A DNA stretch of 58,310 nucleotides, taken from the IMG/VR virus record IMGVR_UViG_2061766007_003026; one strand, written 5' to 3'. The notes beneath the pieces were generated by a model that searched no databases, had not been told where the DNA came from, and was given only the letters and a program-made list of their open reading frames with translations. The position numbers and the translations under genes were made by a program. Shown piece by piece: positions 49,073-57,694 of the stretch. The DNA is from an uncultured virus (IMG/VR IMGVR_UViG_2061766007_003026). Its lineage: Duplodnaviria > Heunggongvirae > Uroviricota > Caudoviricetes. The first letter of the stretch is position 1. Each line of letters opens with the position of its first letter.

Positions 49073-50293
49073 TCACTTCACGTGCTTCTCGAACAGGTCA
49101 TGTATCTTCGGTACAGCCATGCAGATGAGCTTCTCCCACTTGGGTCCGTCATCCTTGCCCATTTCCTTCCGGCGATTGGCCTCCTGGAGGGCAGGGCTCA
49201 CCTTGGAATGGTATATGTCGCTCACCACCTCGGGCGGGCACAGGTAAAGGAACTTGAACACGTTCGTGCCGTATTTCGCGGCCGTGTTGCTCGGTCCGCT
49301 ATGGAAATCGTTCCACAGCGTGTCCTCTTTCCTTGCCAGCAAGCCCATCAGGTCGTTGCCGAGCTGCGCCAAGCCGGCGATGTCCTCCTTGGCCATCTTC
49401 TTGAGTTCCTTCACCATGTCGCTGTGCTTGGACCAGTCGTCCTCGGTACCGTACAGCAGCTGTTCCGCCGTAAGTCCCCTGCGGTAGTAGAACGGGGTGA
49501 ACCGCTCGGCCACTCCCACACCTACAAGGCCAGCCGTAACGTGGTAGAGCATGTCCTCCGCATCGTCGTAAAGCTTCATGTCGAACCTGGATTTCCCGGT
49601 GTTGTCGAAATTCTCGGCATTGTAAAGGCGGTATGAAAGCTCGTGGAACTGCCTGCGGCACGGGAGCACGTGGTGATAGTACTGCCCACGAGCAGCGGTT
49701 ACGTTTTCCTGGTTGTGGAAAGTATCGAGGTCTTCCGGGTGGTTTCGTATGTAGCTGAGCACTGTCTGGTGCAAGTGCTCCTTCTCGCCGAACGCGAGCC
49801 ATTCATCCACTGTAGGATTCAGCAGGGCAAGCTGGAACCTCGCCTTGTGTGCCGGGTCCATCTCGACGACCTGGTACACGTTGCCGAATTCCGGGTTGAT
49901 TGCGGCCATCACGTAGCTCCCCTCGGGAAGCACTATGTCACCGATACGGTGGTCCGTCGCGAGCCTCATCAGACCCTTCATCACCTGCTTGTTGCGGTTG
50001 ACCTCGTCCATGAACAGAACGCACTTCTGCCCCGGCAGATACCATGAAGGCGGCTTGTACACCGTCCGGCCGCTCTCGAAGTCCGGAAGGCCGAATACGT
50101 CCACCAGGTCGGTACTCTCGGACACCTGTATAGTACATAGGGGCAAGTGGGCGACATTCTCGGCGAAGTCCCTCACGATGGTGGTCTTGCCGATACCGGT
50201 ATCGCCCTCCAGGAGAATCGCCTCCCGGGTATCACAAATCTTTACTAGGTCATAGAACTGAGCAATGCTTATGCCTTCTGGCCGCCGTACCAT
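49073..50293 (-). CDS. MoxR-like AAA+ ATPase
   Basis: LLEGDTGIGKT, LFMDEVNR, AAINP, MDPAHKARF. Confidence 0.88.
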   Translation of the reverse strand: MVRRPEGISIAQFYDLVKICDTREAILLEGDTGIGKTTIVRDFAENVAHLPLCTIQVSESTDLVDVFGLPDFESGRTVYKPPSWYLPGQKCVLFMDEVNRNKQVMKGLMRLATDHRIGDIVLPEGSYVMAAINPEFGNVYQVVEMDPAHKARFQLALLNPTVDEWLAFGEKEHLHQTVLSYIRNHPEDLDTFHNQENVTAARGQYYHHVLPCRRQFHELSYRLYNAENFDNTGKSRFDMKLYDDAEDMLYHVTAGLVGVGVAERFTPFYYRRGLTAEQLLYGTEDDWSKHSDMVKELKKMAKEDIAGLAQLGNDLMGLLARKEDTLWNDFHSGPSNTAAKYGTNVFKFLYLCPPEVVSDIYHSKVSPALQEANRRKEMGKDDGPKWEKLICMAVPKIHDLFEKHVK

Positions 50294-50378
50294 TGCAATT
50301 TCTCCATAGGTGCATATTTCCACATGCAAATATAGCAAAAACAACAATGGCCGGGAGAAATCCGGCCAATTTTTCTAT

Positions 50379-50666
50379 CTATTTACCGTATTTTATTCGG
50401 AGGTACAGCAAGGCGAGCGTGAATCCCGTCGCCGTCCCGTAATTGGCATAGAGCGGCCACTGCCATACGCCCGTCTGCAGGTTGGTCCAGAACACGTATA
50501 TGCTGGAGCCTATGTTTCCTACCAGCGCCAACGCGAAGAAACCGTACGTGAGCCCGGTTTTCTTGTTTCTCAGTGCCCATATGAATTGCGGGAAAAGGTT
50601 GAATGCGAACGCGAACGCCCCGCAGCACCCGGCGAACCAGCACAAGATTCCAACTATACAGTCCAT
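50379..50666 (-). CDS. PQ-loop (SemiSWEET-like) three-helix membrane protein
   Basis: FNLFPQFIWALRNKKTGL, three hydrophobic helices, W..LYAN. Confidence 0.75.
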   Translation of the reverse strand: MDCIVGILCWFAGCCGAFAFAFNLFPQFIWALRNKKTGLTYGFFALALVGNIGSSIYVFWTNLQTGVWQWPLYANYGTATGFTLALLYLRIKYGK

Positions 50667-50669
50667 CCA

Positions 50670-51902
50670 CTATCCCGGTGTTTCCGCCACCAGTTTATAG
50701 AGGATTTCCCGGTCGATTTCCTTCCCGGACAGCATCATGCGGTATGCCTTCCGGCGTATCTCACGAAGCCTGTCACCGAACTCCCTCCCGGGCGCCATAC
50801 CGGTATCGGCAAGGGCGGCGCTGATGTCCCCCTGCGATGGGTAACGGGCCATGAACGAGCGGAACTTCTCCTCCTCGGCTGGCTTCAGCACGAAATACCC
50901 CTGCCTGGATATGGAATACGCCCTCAGGGCGTCCCACCGGGCGTCGCACACTCCGTCCACTATGTCCACCAGGTCGAGGCCGCCGGCCATGTACTGCTTG
51001 AACCGGGAGGCAACGAACTTCATGGTGGAAATCTCGTCACAGCTGCACTTGAAGTCGCGCATCTGCTTCTCCGAGTCGAATACAAGTGCCAGGGCGAATT
51101 CGGGCTTCCACCCGTTGTACATGCCGAAAATCTCTAGCCGTGCCAGCATCGGAGTGAGCTCTCCCCACTCGACTGCCGGGTCGACGTACTTGCCCACCCC
51201 TTCGGCCAGGTATCCGATGAACCGGCCGAATGCCGTCAGCCCGTATGCGGCGGTCTTGGTGAATTCGTCGTGGAGACGTTCCCTCGATAGGCACGATACC
51301 CTGTTCCCCATGGCCAGGCATGCCGCCCGAGTCACCGGATGGATGTCCATGTTGAACCTGGCGGCAAACCGGTAGGCCCGTATCACACGGAGGGCATCCT
51401 CCCCGAACCTTTCGAGTGGGTCACCAACGGTGGAAAGCATGCCAGTACGGATTGCCTCAACTCCGCCATGGAAATCTATCACCTCCAGCGACGAGGATAG
51501 ACCCATCGCATTCATGGTGAAATCCCTGCGGCGGCAGTCCTCCTCGAACGTCTCGGCCCACTGCACAGCGTCAGGATGCCTCCCGTCGCTGTATGACCCG
51601 TCAGCACGGTACTGGGTTACCTCGAACGGCATTCCGTCGTGAAATACCAATAGAGTGCCGTGCGCCTCGCCGTTGTTGCTCTCGCACCGGAACTTTTCGC
51701 GCAGTTCGGCCATCGGCATGTTTGTCGCTATGTCGACGTCATGTATACCCGGCTCCGTATCAAGACCCAGTTGCCACCGCACCAGGTCCCTCACGCACCC
51801 GCCGGCAAGAACTGCAGTATATCCAAATCCTTCAATCGCCTTCACCAGGCCTATCCCGCTAGATACCAGCGGTATATCCAATGCACCATCAATATTCATC
51901 AA
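50670..51902 (-). CDS. cca: tRNA nucleotidyltransferase (CCA-adding enzyme / poly(A) polymerase family)
   Basis: GGCVRD, DVDIAT, RRDFTMNAM, EDALRVIRAYRFAAR, SRERL..E. Confidence 0.9.
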   Translation of the reverse strand: MMNIDGALDIPLVSSGIGLVKAIEGFGYTAVLAGGCVRDLVRWQLGLDTEPGIHDVDIATNMPMAELREKFRCESNNGEAHGTLLVFHDGMPFEVTQYRADGSYSDGRHPDAVQWAETFEEDCRRRDFTMNAMGLSSSLEVIDFHGGVEAIRTGMLSTVGDPLERFGEDALRVIRAYRFAARFNMDIHPVTRAACLAMGNRVSCLSRERLHDEFTKTAAYGLTAFGRFIGYLAEGVGKYVDPAVEWGELTPMLARLEIFGMYNGWKPEFALALVFDSEKQMRDFKCSCDEISTMKFVASRFKQYMAGGLDLVDIVDGVCDARWDALRAYSISRQGYFVLKPAEEEKFRSFMARYPSQGDISAALADTGMAPGREFGDRLREIRRKAYRMMLSGKEIDREILYKLVAETPG

Positions 51903-51955
51903 AAAACCTTTTCGCTACCAACACAAAGATAGCCAAAAATCACAAATCTGTAAAC

Positions 51956-53800
51956 TCAGTTCGCGACGAAAGTGTCGAGTTCTTCCTTGAACAGGCACCA
52001 GTCCGGGAATTCCGCTGTACCGTGCGTCCGGAGTATCATAATCTGTCTCGGCTTGGGCGGCTCCGGCCAGGTGAACACGCAGTCGGTAAGGAACACCAGC
52101 CCGTCGTACTTAAACCTCTCCGGGCCGAGCTTCTTCAGTACACAGTCCGGGTCGGTGAACCCTCCGCCGTATATCGCCATGTCCCTTATGCTCTTCGGGG
52201 TGGTGAACACCGGACTGCACACGGCATCCCAGTATACTATGTCTATGCTGAGCCCGTTGACCACATTCTCCATCACGTTCATACACTTCGCTATCGCGTC
52301 GCCCTGGTACATCGAACCGGACACGTCGATACAGAACAGTATCCGCTGGGTATCCTCGTAACGGTATCCGGGTGCGAGCATGCCGTGCCGCATCAGCTTT
52401 CGGTTCCTCCTGCTCCACGTGGATATCACGTCATCGGAATCCGTGCTCGACATGAACTTCTTGAACATCGCCGTCGTATCGACCTTGAACCGGTTCGCCG
52501 TACGGAGCATCAGAGGGAGGGGGCCGCGCGTACGGTTGAACATTCCCTTGTCGAGGGCGCTGAGTACGGTGGATGTCGTACGGTCGCTCACCACGTCGTC
52601 CTGCTTCCAGTTCTCCAGGCTCTTCCCCGCATTGGTCAGCGAGAAATACTTGGCCATGCTGCCGAAGTCCCCCAGCTCGGGATTGCCCTCGCCGGAACCC
52701 TGCCCGGCATCCCCGGGGGAACCGGCGTTGTCGTCATGACTCCCGCCCTCACCGTCGCCGCTGTCGGTATCACCGTCGCCGGGACCGTCGCCGGAACCGG
52801 AAGAATCGTTGCTCTCCGAACCGCCGTCCTCCCCCTCGCCGGATGCACCGTCTCCGCCCTGGCTTCCCGCGCTGTCGCCACCGCCGGAAGAACCGGCAGC
52901 GTCATCGTCACCGGACCGGTCGCTTTCCCCGTCATCCTGGGGGTCACCAGGAGTACCTTCACCTTCGTGCTCGCATTCTCCGTCGGGACTTCCCTCGCTC
53001 TCGCCGTCCCCTCCGGATTCTCCCTTACCCTCGTCGCCGTCGCTTCCCTTCTGGCCGGAATCGCCCTTGCCGTCGTCATCCTTTCCTGTGCCGCCTTCCG
53101 ATTTGGACTTGCCGTCCCCGCCGGAATCCTTGCTTGACATTTCGCCCGACGAGTCGTCGTGACCGTCGTTCCTGTCGGACTCCCCATCGGATTTCCCGCC
53201 GGGGTTACCTGGCGTGGACTCCCCGTCCTCGCCTTCATCATCCTCGGTTTCTTCCGGGGTTTCCTCGTCGGAATCGTCCTCTTGCTCGTCCGGCTTCATC
53301 TGGGAATACTCTTCCTTGAATATGTCGAACAGCTTCTCGAGCACGAGGTCGCTTTCCGGCTGGAACCCGTGCTTGGAAAGAATAGGCCAGTAGTTCCAGT
53401 AAGTGGGGAACAGGCGGTTTACAATCTCGAGGTTGTTCCCGACCGACGTATCCACCACCTTTCGGGCGTACTCGGCGACCACGATGTCGCTGGACAGCTT
53501 CAGCATGTCTAGCGGTTCCCGCTTCCTCTTGTCGAAGTGGTGCAGGGCAACACGGAGACATTCCATGTAGACAATCGCCCCGAGCAGCGACGGCTCCAGA
53601 CGGGTAACGAAATACACGTTGTAGTCCATCACCGACCGACCGCCCACGATGCCCACCCGCACAGTTATGGCGGGGTCGTCGGTAGGCATAGTCGCAAGCG
53701 ACATGTACACCGGGAGCATTCCCGGCGCGGTGCGGGACATCAGCATCACCGAGTTCCGCAATGCCTTGACGGCAGCCTCTTTCAGTTCAGGGGAAATCAA
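51956..53800 (-). CDS. DUF2201-like protein with C-terminal VWA domain and long G/D/E/S linker (MoxR partner)
   Basis: IDVSGSM MIDAS motif, GGGFTD, VFLTD. Confidence 0.85.
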   Translation of the reverse strand: MISPELKEAAVKALRNSVMLMSRTAPGMLPVYMSLATMPTDDPAITVRVGIVGGRSVMDYNVYFVTRLEPSLLGAIVYMECLRVALHHFDKRKREPLDMLKLSSDIVVAEYARKVVDTSVGNNLEIVNRLFPTYWNYWPILSKHGFQPESDLVLEKLFDIFKEEYSQMKPDEQEDDSDEETPEETEDDEGEDGESTPGNPGGKSDGESDRNDGHDDSSGEMSSKDSGGDGKSKSEGGTGKDDDGKGDSGQKGSDGDEGKGESGGDGESEGSPDGECEHEGEGTPGDPQDDGESDRSGDDDAAGSSGGGDSAGSQGGDGASGEGEDGGSESNDSSGSGDGPGDGDTDSGDGEGGSHDDNAGSPGDAGQGSGEGNPELGDFGSMAKYFSLTNAGKSLENWKQDDVVSDRTTSTVLSALDKGMFNRTRGPLPLMLRTANRFKVDTTAMFKKFMSSTDSDDVISTWSRRNRKLMRHGMLAPGYRYEDTQRILFCIDVSGSMYQGDAIAKCMNVMENVVNGLSIDIVYWDAVCSPVFTTPKSIRDMAIYGGGFTDPDCVLKKLGPERFKYDGLVFLTDCVFTWPEPPKPRQIMILRTHGTAEFPDWCLFKEELDTFVAN

Positions 53801-54114
53801 AATACCTTACCGTACGGCAGAATCAGGTAGCTCACCTTCCGGGTACCCACACCCGGACGACCGCCTGAATAGAACACGTCCATCTTGACCACGGCCCGCT
53901 TCCCGGGATACTTCTTCCACAGGGTCTTCACCTTGCGGATTACACGCTCGAACATCATGTCGTAGTCGTATTCGCTGTAGCCGGGATAAATCTTGACCTT
54001 TTGGTACCATATGGTCACGCCGCGGCGCTTTACCGAGTGCCATCCGCACAGGAGCTGGCGTATCTTGCTGCTCACCGGGTTATGGGTGAGAATGTTTCCT
54101 ATCTTTGCGAACAT
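53797..54114 (-). CDS. hypothetical basic protein
   Basis: GAGGAGG RBS. Confidence 0.7.
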   Translation of the reverse strand: MFAKIGNILTHNPVSSKIRQLLCGWHSVKRRGVTIWYQKVKIYPGYSEYDYDMMFERVIRKVKTLWKKYPGKRAVVKMDVFYSGGRPGVGTRKVSYLILPYGKVF

Positions 54115-54124
54115 GTCTCCTCCT

Positions 54125-54421
54125 CTAGCCCCAACGTGATTCCGATATCCCTAGCTGTCTCCTGGCGTTTACCAACGTCTCGCGGAGAATCATGGCATCG
54201 CCTGCGCTGCCATCCGGCTTGTACCTCTCAAGCATCTCGTCCACCGCGTCGTCTATGGAGTAGGCCATCTTGCGCTTAGTGCCACCCCAGTCGAGGGTCT
54301 CGGACATCGACACGCCTATCTTCCTGAGCGCATCGCATATCGCATCGAATAAAAAGTTCACTTCGCCGACAGAAGGGTTGCGTGTCCCTACGCTCTCGGC
54401 GACTTCCATAGCTGTTATCAT
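54125..54421 (-). CDS. hypothetical protein starting at the IscB element end
   Basis: ATG at 54421; upstream codons belong to the element end. Confidence 0.65.
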   Translation of the reverse strand: MITAMEVAESVGTRNPSVGEVNFLFDAICDALRKIGVSMSETLDWGGTKRKMAYSIDDAVDEMLERYKPDGSAGDAMILRETLVNARRQLGISESRWG

Positions 54422-54957
54422 AATAAAATACGCAAGGAAACTCACTCATCTTTAGTGGGTGAGAGGAATTGCGCCTCCTATGATGTAGTTATTGTGGTTG
54501 ATTCTGGTCAGTTTCTTATAACTGACAGAGTTGGTTAAAACTTTCCCGCCGATATCTACAAGGGAGAAATAGCCTGATGTCCTACGTCCATTGACATAGC
54601 ATACTTGTCCATTGTATAGTACGGTATCCATAAGGCGGAATCCGAACACTTCTTTAGGGGCCTGGTTGTTCTTACGTATGCCTTCAGCTAAGATAGATGC
54701 CTTGTGTAGCTGTCGGTTATGGTGTCTCAACGGCTTAATGATATAGGTGGTGCCATTTGACGTTGCCAACGGATTGCCGCTTATGCATCGGGCGTCTATG
54801 GTATGTTCCTTGGGTAAGTTATTTGACATACGGAGATATTTAGTGACGTAGCCAAATGTGAATGATACCATATCTCTACCGTACTTGGCCTGCAACTGGA
54901 TACATAAGCTCATTCCTATTATGTTCATGCACGCTGCGTCACGGTATGCCGAACTAC
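54422..54957 (-). mobile_element. iscB: second, diverged IscB element (3' part only; 5' part lost in gap)
   Basis: paralogous to ~54994-55533 with many substitutions; same terminal hairpin. Confidence 0.85.
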
Positions 54958-55023
54958 NNNNNNNNNNAACAATGCGCTGATAAAAGGTTTCATAATAAAA
55001 TACGCAAGGAAACTCACCCACCT

Positions 55024-56292
55024 TTAGTGTGTGAGGGGATTTGCGCCTCCTATGATATAGTTATTGTGGTTAATTCTGGCCAGTTTCCTGTAACTGACAG
55101 AGTTGGTTAAAACTTTCCCGTAGATATCTACTAGGGAGAAATATCCTGATGTCCTACGGCCATTGACATAGCACACTTGCCCATTGTATAGTACGGTATC
55201 CATAAANNNNNNNNNNNNNNNNNNNNNNNNNNNNNGGGCCTGGTTGTTCTTACGTATACCTCCAGCTAAGATAGATGCTTTGTGTAGCTGACGGTTATGG
55301 CGTCTCAAGGGCTTAATGACATAGTTCACACTGTTGAACTTTGCCAACGGATTCCCGCTTATGCACCGTGCATCAATGATATGTTCCTTTGGCAGATTAT
55401 TCGACATACGGATATACTTAGTAATATAGCCAAATGTGGATGATACCATATCTCTACCGTACTTGGCCTGTAACTGGATACATAGGCTCATTCCTATTAT
55501 GTTCATGCACGCTGCGTCACGGTATGCCGAACTACGAGTGATATTTCTAGGCAGCACAATTTCACCACGGTGATACTTTTCGTGGCACGTGCGGCATAGT
55601 GTAACCAAGTTGTTCGGTGCATTCCCTCCGGTCTTCCGAGACTCAATATGGTGTACGTTAAGAACCATATCGTGGGATTTTCCCTTGCAGCAGCGACATT
55701 TATGCCCATCCCTGAACAGGACAAACTCCCTCACGTTATAGAAGCCGAGTTGGTCACCGTTCTGATAGTCAGCCCCTTCTGGAATGGGCATTCCCTGCTC
55801 TTGTGCTTTCAACTTTTGCATATCAAACTTACCGATTTCAACCGTGATATGCTTTACGGGAAGAATGGTGCAGATTCTATCTATCCAATAATGATGGGAT
55901 TGCCGTTTCTGTCTGATGGACGGGGACATCCACTGGCTTGGTTTCTTCCTATTAAGAAACCGGGGCTTGCGGTAGCGAGTCTTACGATTTCGTCTTGACC
56001 TGCGGAACTCGCATCTGGTAGCCAACTTCTTTACGATGTCATCCCGTAATTCCAGTTGAGCTTCAAACAATACTTTCTTCTTTGTGGTAGCAGACAGGCC
56101 TACGTGCTTACTGCCTGCATCTACACCTAGTGATACCTCCTGAGTCTGGTCGGGACACGTGTAGGTTAGCTTGATTGTGAACGGGCGGTAATTTACGATA
56201 ACGGCCTTACGTTCTTTCAACAGATGACGAACCCTGCCCGGCCTTTCGGTCGGCATCAGCGGTTCACCATATCTATTCAAAACATATACCAT
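55024..56292 (-). CDS. iscB: IscB RNA-guided endonuclease (IS200/IS605 OMEGA)
   Basis: PLMP N-terminus, RuvC-I LGVDAGSKHVG, Arg-rich RRSRRNRKTRYRKPRF, RuvC-II E, HNH HHIESR..GGNAPNNL..LC..CH, RuvC-III H..DA; lower GC than flanks. Confidence 0.95.
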   Translation of the reverse strand: MVYVLNRYGEPLMPTERPGRVRHLLKERKAVIVNYRPFTIKLTYTCPDQTQEVSLGVDAGSKHVGLSATTKKKVLFEAQLELRDDIVKKLATRCEFRRSRRNRKTRYRKPRFLNRKKPSQWMSPSIRQKRQSHHYWIDRICTILPVKHITVEIGKFDMQKLKAQEQGMPIPEGADYQNGDQLGFYNVREFVLFRDGHKCRCCKGKSHDMVLNVHHIESRKTGGNAPNNLVTLCRTCHEKYHRGEIVLPRNITRSSAYRDAACMNIIGMSLCIQLQAKYGRDMVSSTFGYITKYIRMSNNLPKEHIIDARCISGNPLAKFNSVNYVIKPLRRHNRQLHKASILAGGIRKNNQAXXXXXXXXXXFMDTVLYNGQVCYVNGRRTSGYFSLVDIYGKVLTNSVSYRKLARINHNNYIIGGANPLTH

Positions 56293-56379
56293 CTAGTCGT
56301 TATCCTTTGATTTTGAACCTAACTTAATAGGTAATGCAGGGATTTCTCCCTGTGGGTGTCCATCGGCAATGTTGGAAGA
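56293..56379 (-). ncRNA. 3' portion of the IscB omega RNA (remainder in gap)
   Basis: directly upstream of iscB; AACATTGCCGATGG and CAGGGA..TCCCTG hairpin. Confidence 0.6.
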
Positions 56380-56389
56380 NNNNNNNNNN

Positions 56390-56476
56390 CCCCGAATGGT
56401 GTAAAATAGGTAGCCACGCTGGATTTAGGATTCAGTTGCCATTACGGCAGTCAAAGTTCGAGTCTTTGTTCGGGGA
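56390..56476 (+). tRNA. tRNA-Leu(TAG)
   Basis: CCCCGAA/TTCGGGG acceptor, CTGGA-TTTAGGA-TTCAG anticodon arm, long variable arm, GTTCGAGTC. Confidence 0.85.
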
Positions 56477-56486
56477 CTAAACATAC

Positions 56487-56568
56487 ACCGGCGTCGCCTA
56501 AATGGATATGGCAACGGACTTCTAATCCGTCGGGGAACCCCATGCCAGTTCGAGTCTGGCCGTCGGTA
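56487..56568 (+). tRNA. tRNA-Arg(TCT) with long variable arm
   Basis: ACCGGCG/CGTCGGT acceptor, ACGGA-CTTCTAA-TCCGT, GCCAG-TTCGAGT-CTGGC. Confidence 0.85.
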
Positions 56569-56573
56569 CTAAC

Positions 56574-57023
56574 ATGAGGTTTTCTATGAGACGTCTTTTT
56601 ATTATCCGCAAGGACCTGAATTTGAGTAAGGGCAAGCTGGCCGCAATGGTGGCTCATTGTGCCGAAGCATTCTGGACTAGGTTGATATCCCGAAATGCAA
56701 TCATGGAAGATGGCGTATATGCAGTCAAGTTCAACCTGCCGGCATCTACTATGGATGAATACGTACGCGGACTGTTTGTCAAGACCATATGCGAGGCGAA
56801 GAACCTCGCTCACCTTATGAAGGTGGAACCGCTGGCAAACGAGTTCGGCCTTGTCAAGGATGTCGACTACGGATTCATCGACGACGCTTGTCTTACCGAG
56901 CTTACCCCGGAGGCTACTGACGAGAATGGCAACGGGTACTGCCGGGTCGGCATATGGTTCCGCCCGTTGCCGGACGAGTTGAGTCACCGGTTGAGCAAGA
57001 AGTATCAATTGTATAAGGAATAA
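56574..57023 (+). CDS. peptidyl-tRNA hydrolase, PTH2 family
   Basis: IIRKDLNLSKGKLAAMVAH...IDDACLTEL. Confidence 0.85.
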   Translation: MRFSMRRLFIIRKDLNLSKGKLAAMVAHCAEAFWTRLISRNAIMEDGVYAVKFNLPASTMDEYVRGLFVKTICEAKNLAHLMKVEPLANEFGLVKDVDYGFIDDACLTELTPEATDENGNGYCRVGIWFRPLPDELSHRLSKKYQLYKE

Positions 57024-57047
57024 ACGCCAAACACAGGGAGAAACAAC

Positions 57048-57224
57048 ATGAGCATGGTATCGCACCTGAACAAGGAATACATGACGACGAACTGTCCCGC
57101 CTGCGGACACGAGATAGATGTCTGCGAGGCCGACCTGAACGGCACAATGGACGACGGCACCAAGGAATACGAGTGTAGTTGCCCGGAGTGTGGCCAGGGA
57201 TTCTACAGTTCAGAAGTATATTAA
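57048..57224 (+). CDS. 58-aa zinc-ribbon protein (not in ORF track)
   Basis: GGGAG RBS; CPACG...CPECG. Confidence 0.75.
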   Translation: MSMVSHLNKEYMTTNCPACGHEIDVCEADLNGTMDDGTKEYECSCPECGQGFYSSEVY

Positions 57225-57226
57225 AT

Positions 57227-57301
57227 GCACACGTGCCGAAGCTGGTTAACGGAGCAGTCTGCAAAACTCGCTATTCGGGGGTTCAAATCCCTCCGTGTGC
57301 T
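57227..57301 (+). tRNA. tRNA-Cys(GCA)
   Basis: GCACACG/CGTGTGC acceptor, CTGCAAA loop, U73 discriminator. Confidence 0.85.
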
Positions 57302-57324
57302 CTAAAAAGTCATCCGGACGGATT

Positions 57325-57401
57325 TTTGCTATATTTGTAGTCCTGCCAGGCATCCCCCGGTTCTTCCGGGTTGCCGCCGGGGCAGAAATTTGCTATATTT
57401 G
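57325..57401 (+). promoter_or_regulatory. tandem TTTGCTATATTTG promoters (57325-57337, 57389-57401)
   Basis: same 13-mer as the - strand promoters, upstream of tRNA-Met. Confidence 0.7.
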
Positions 57402-57612
57402 ATAGCACGAGGGGAACCCGGGAGGTTCCCGAGCAGATTGACAGTTCGGATGCATTTTTAACGACGGAGGCCGGCAGCAAGGAAAACCGTGCCGGCCTCC
57501 TAGTCAGTTCTTTGGATTTGATGCCGGTTCATCCCCGGCGGTTCTTCCATGGCCGCTTCCTTTTTGGTTTGTTGTTTGACGCGGATGGGCCGGCATCAAG
57601 TCTAAGGATTAT

Positions 57613-57690
57613 CGCGGGGTGGAGCAGTTGGTTAGCTCGCCAGGCCCATAACCTGGAGGCCGCAGCGTTCAAGTCCTGCCCCCGCTACCA
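57613..57690 (+). tRNA. tRNA-Met(CAT), initiator-like
   Basis: CGCGGGGTGGAGCAG start, C1:U72 mismatch, CCAGG-CCCATAA-CCTGG, encoded CCA. Confidence 0.88.
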
Positions 57691-57694
57691 ATTG

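Larger units (their letters stand above)
42699..50341 (-). promoter_or_regulatory. repeated TTTGCTATATTTG promoter motif (- strand: 42699-42712, 44006-44018, 47616-47630, 50327-50341)
   Basis: same 13-mer ~20-60 nt upstream of four - strand starts; fits the TAnnTTTG -7 box of Bacteroidota-type sigma-70 promoters. Confidence 0.75.

Noticed and set aside
55024..56292. Cas9 or TnpB
   Set aside because: Size, PLMP domain and HNH inserted in RuvC identify IscB; no CRISPR array.
56487..56568. Amber-suppressor (CTA) reading of the tRNA and stop-codon recoding
   Set aside because: The 7-nt loop CTTCTAA centres on TCT; TAG, TAA and TGA all end genes normally here.
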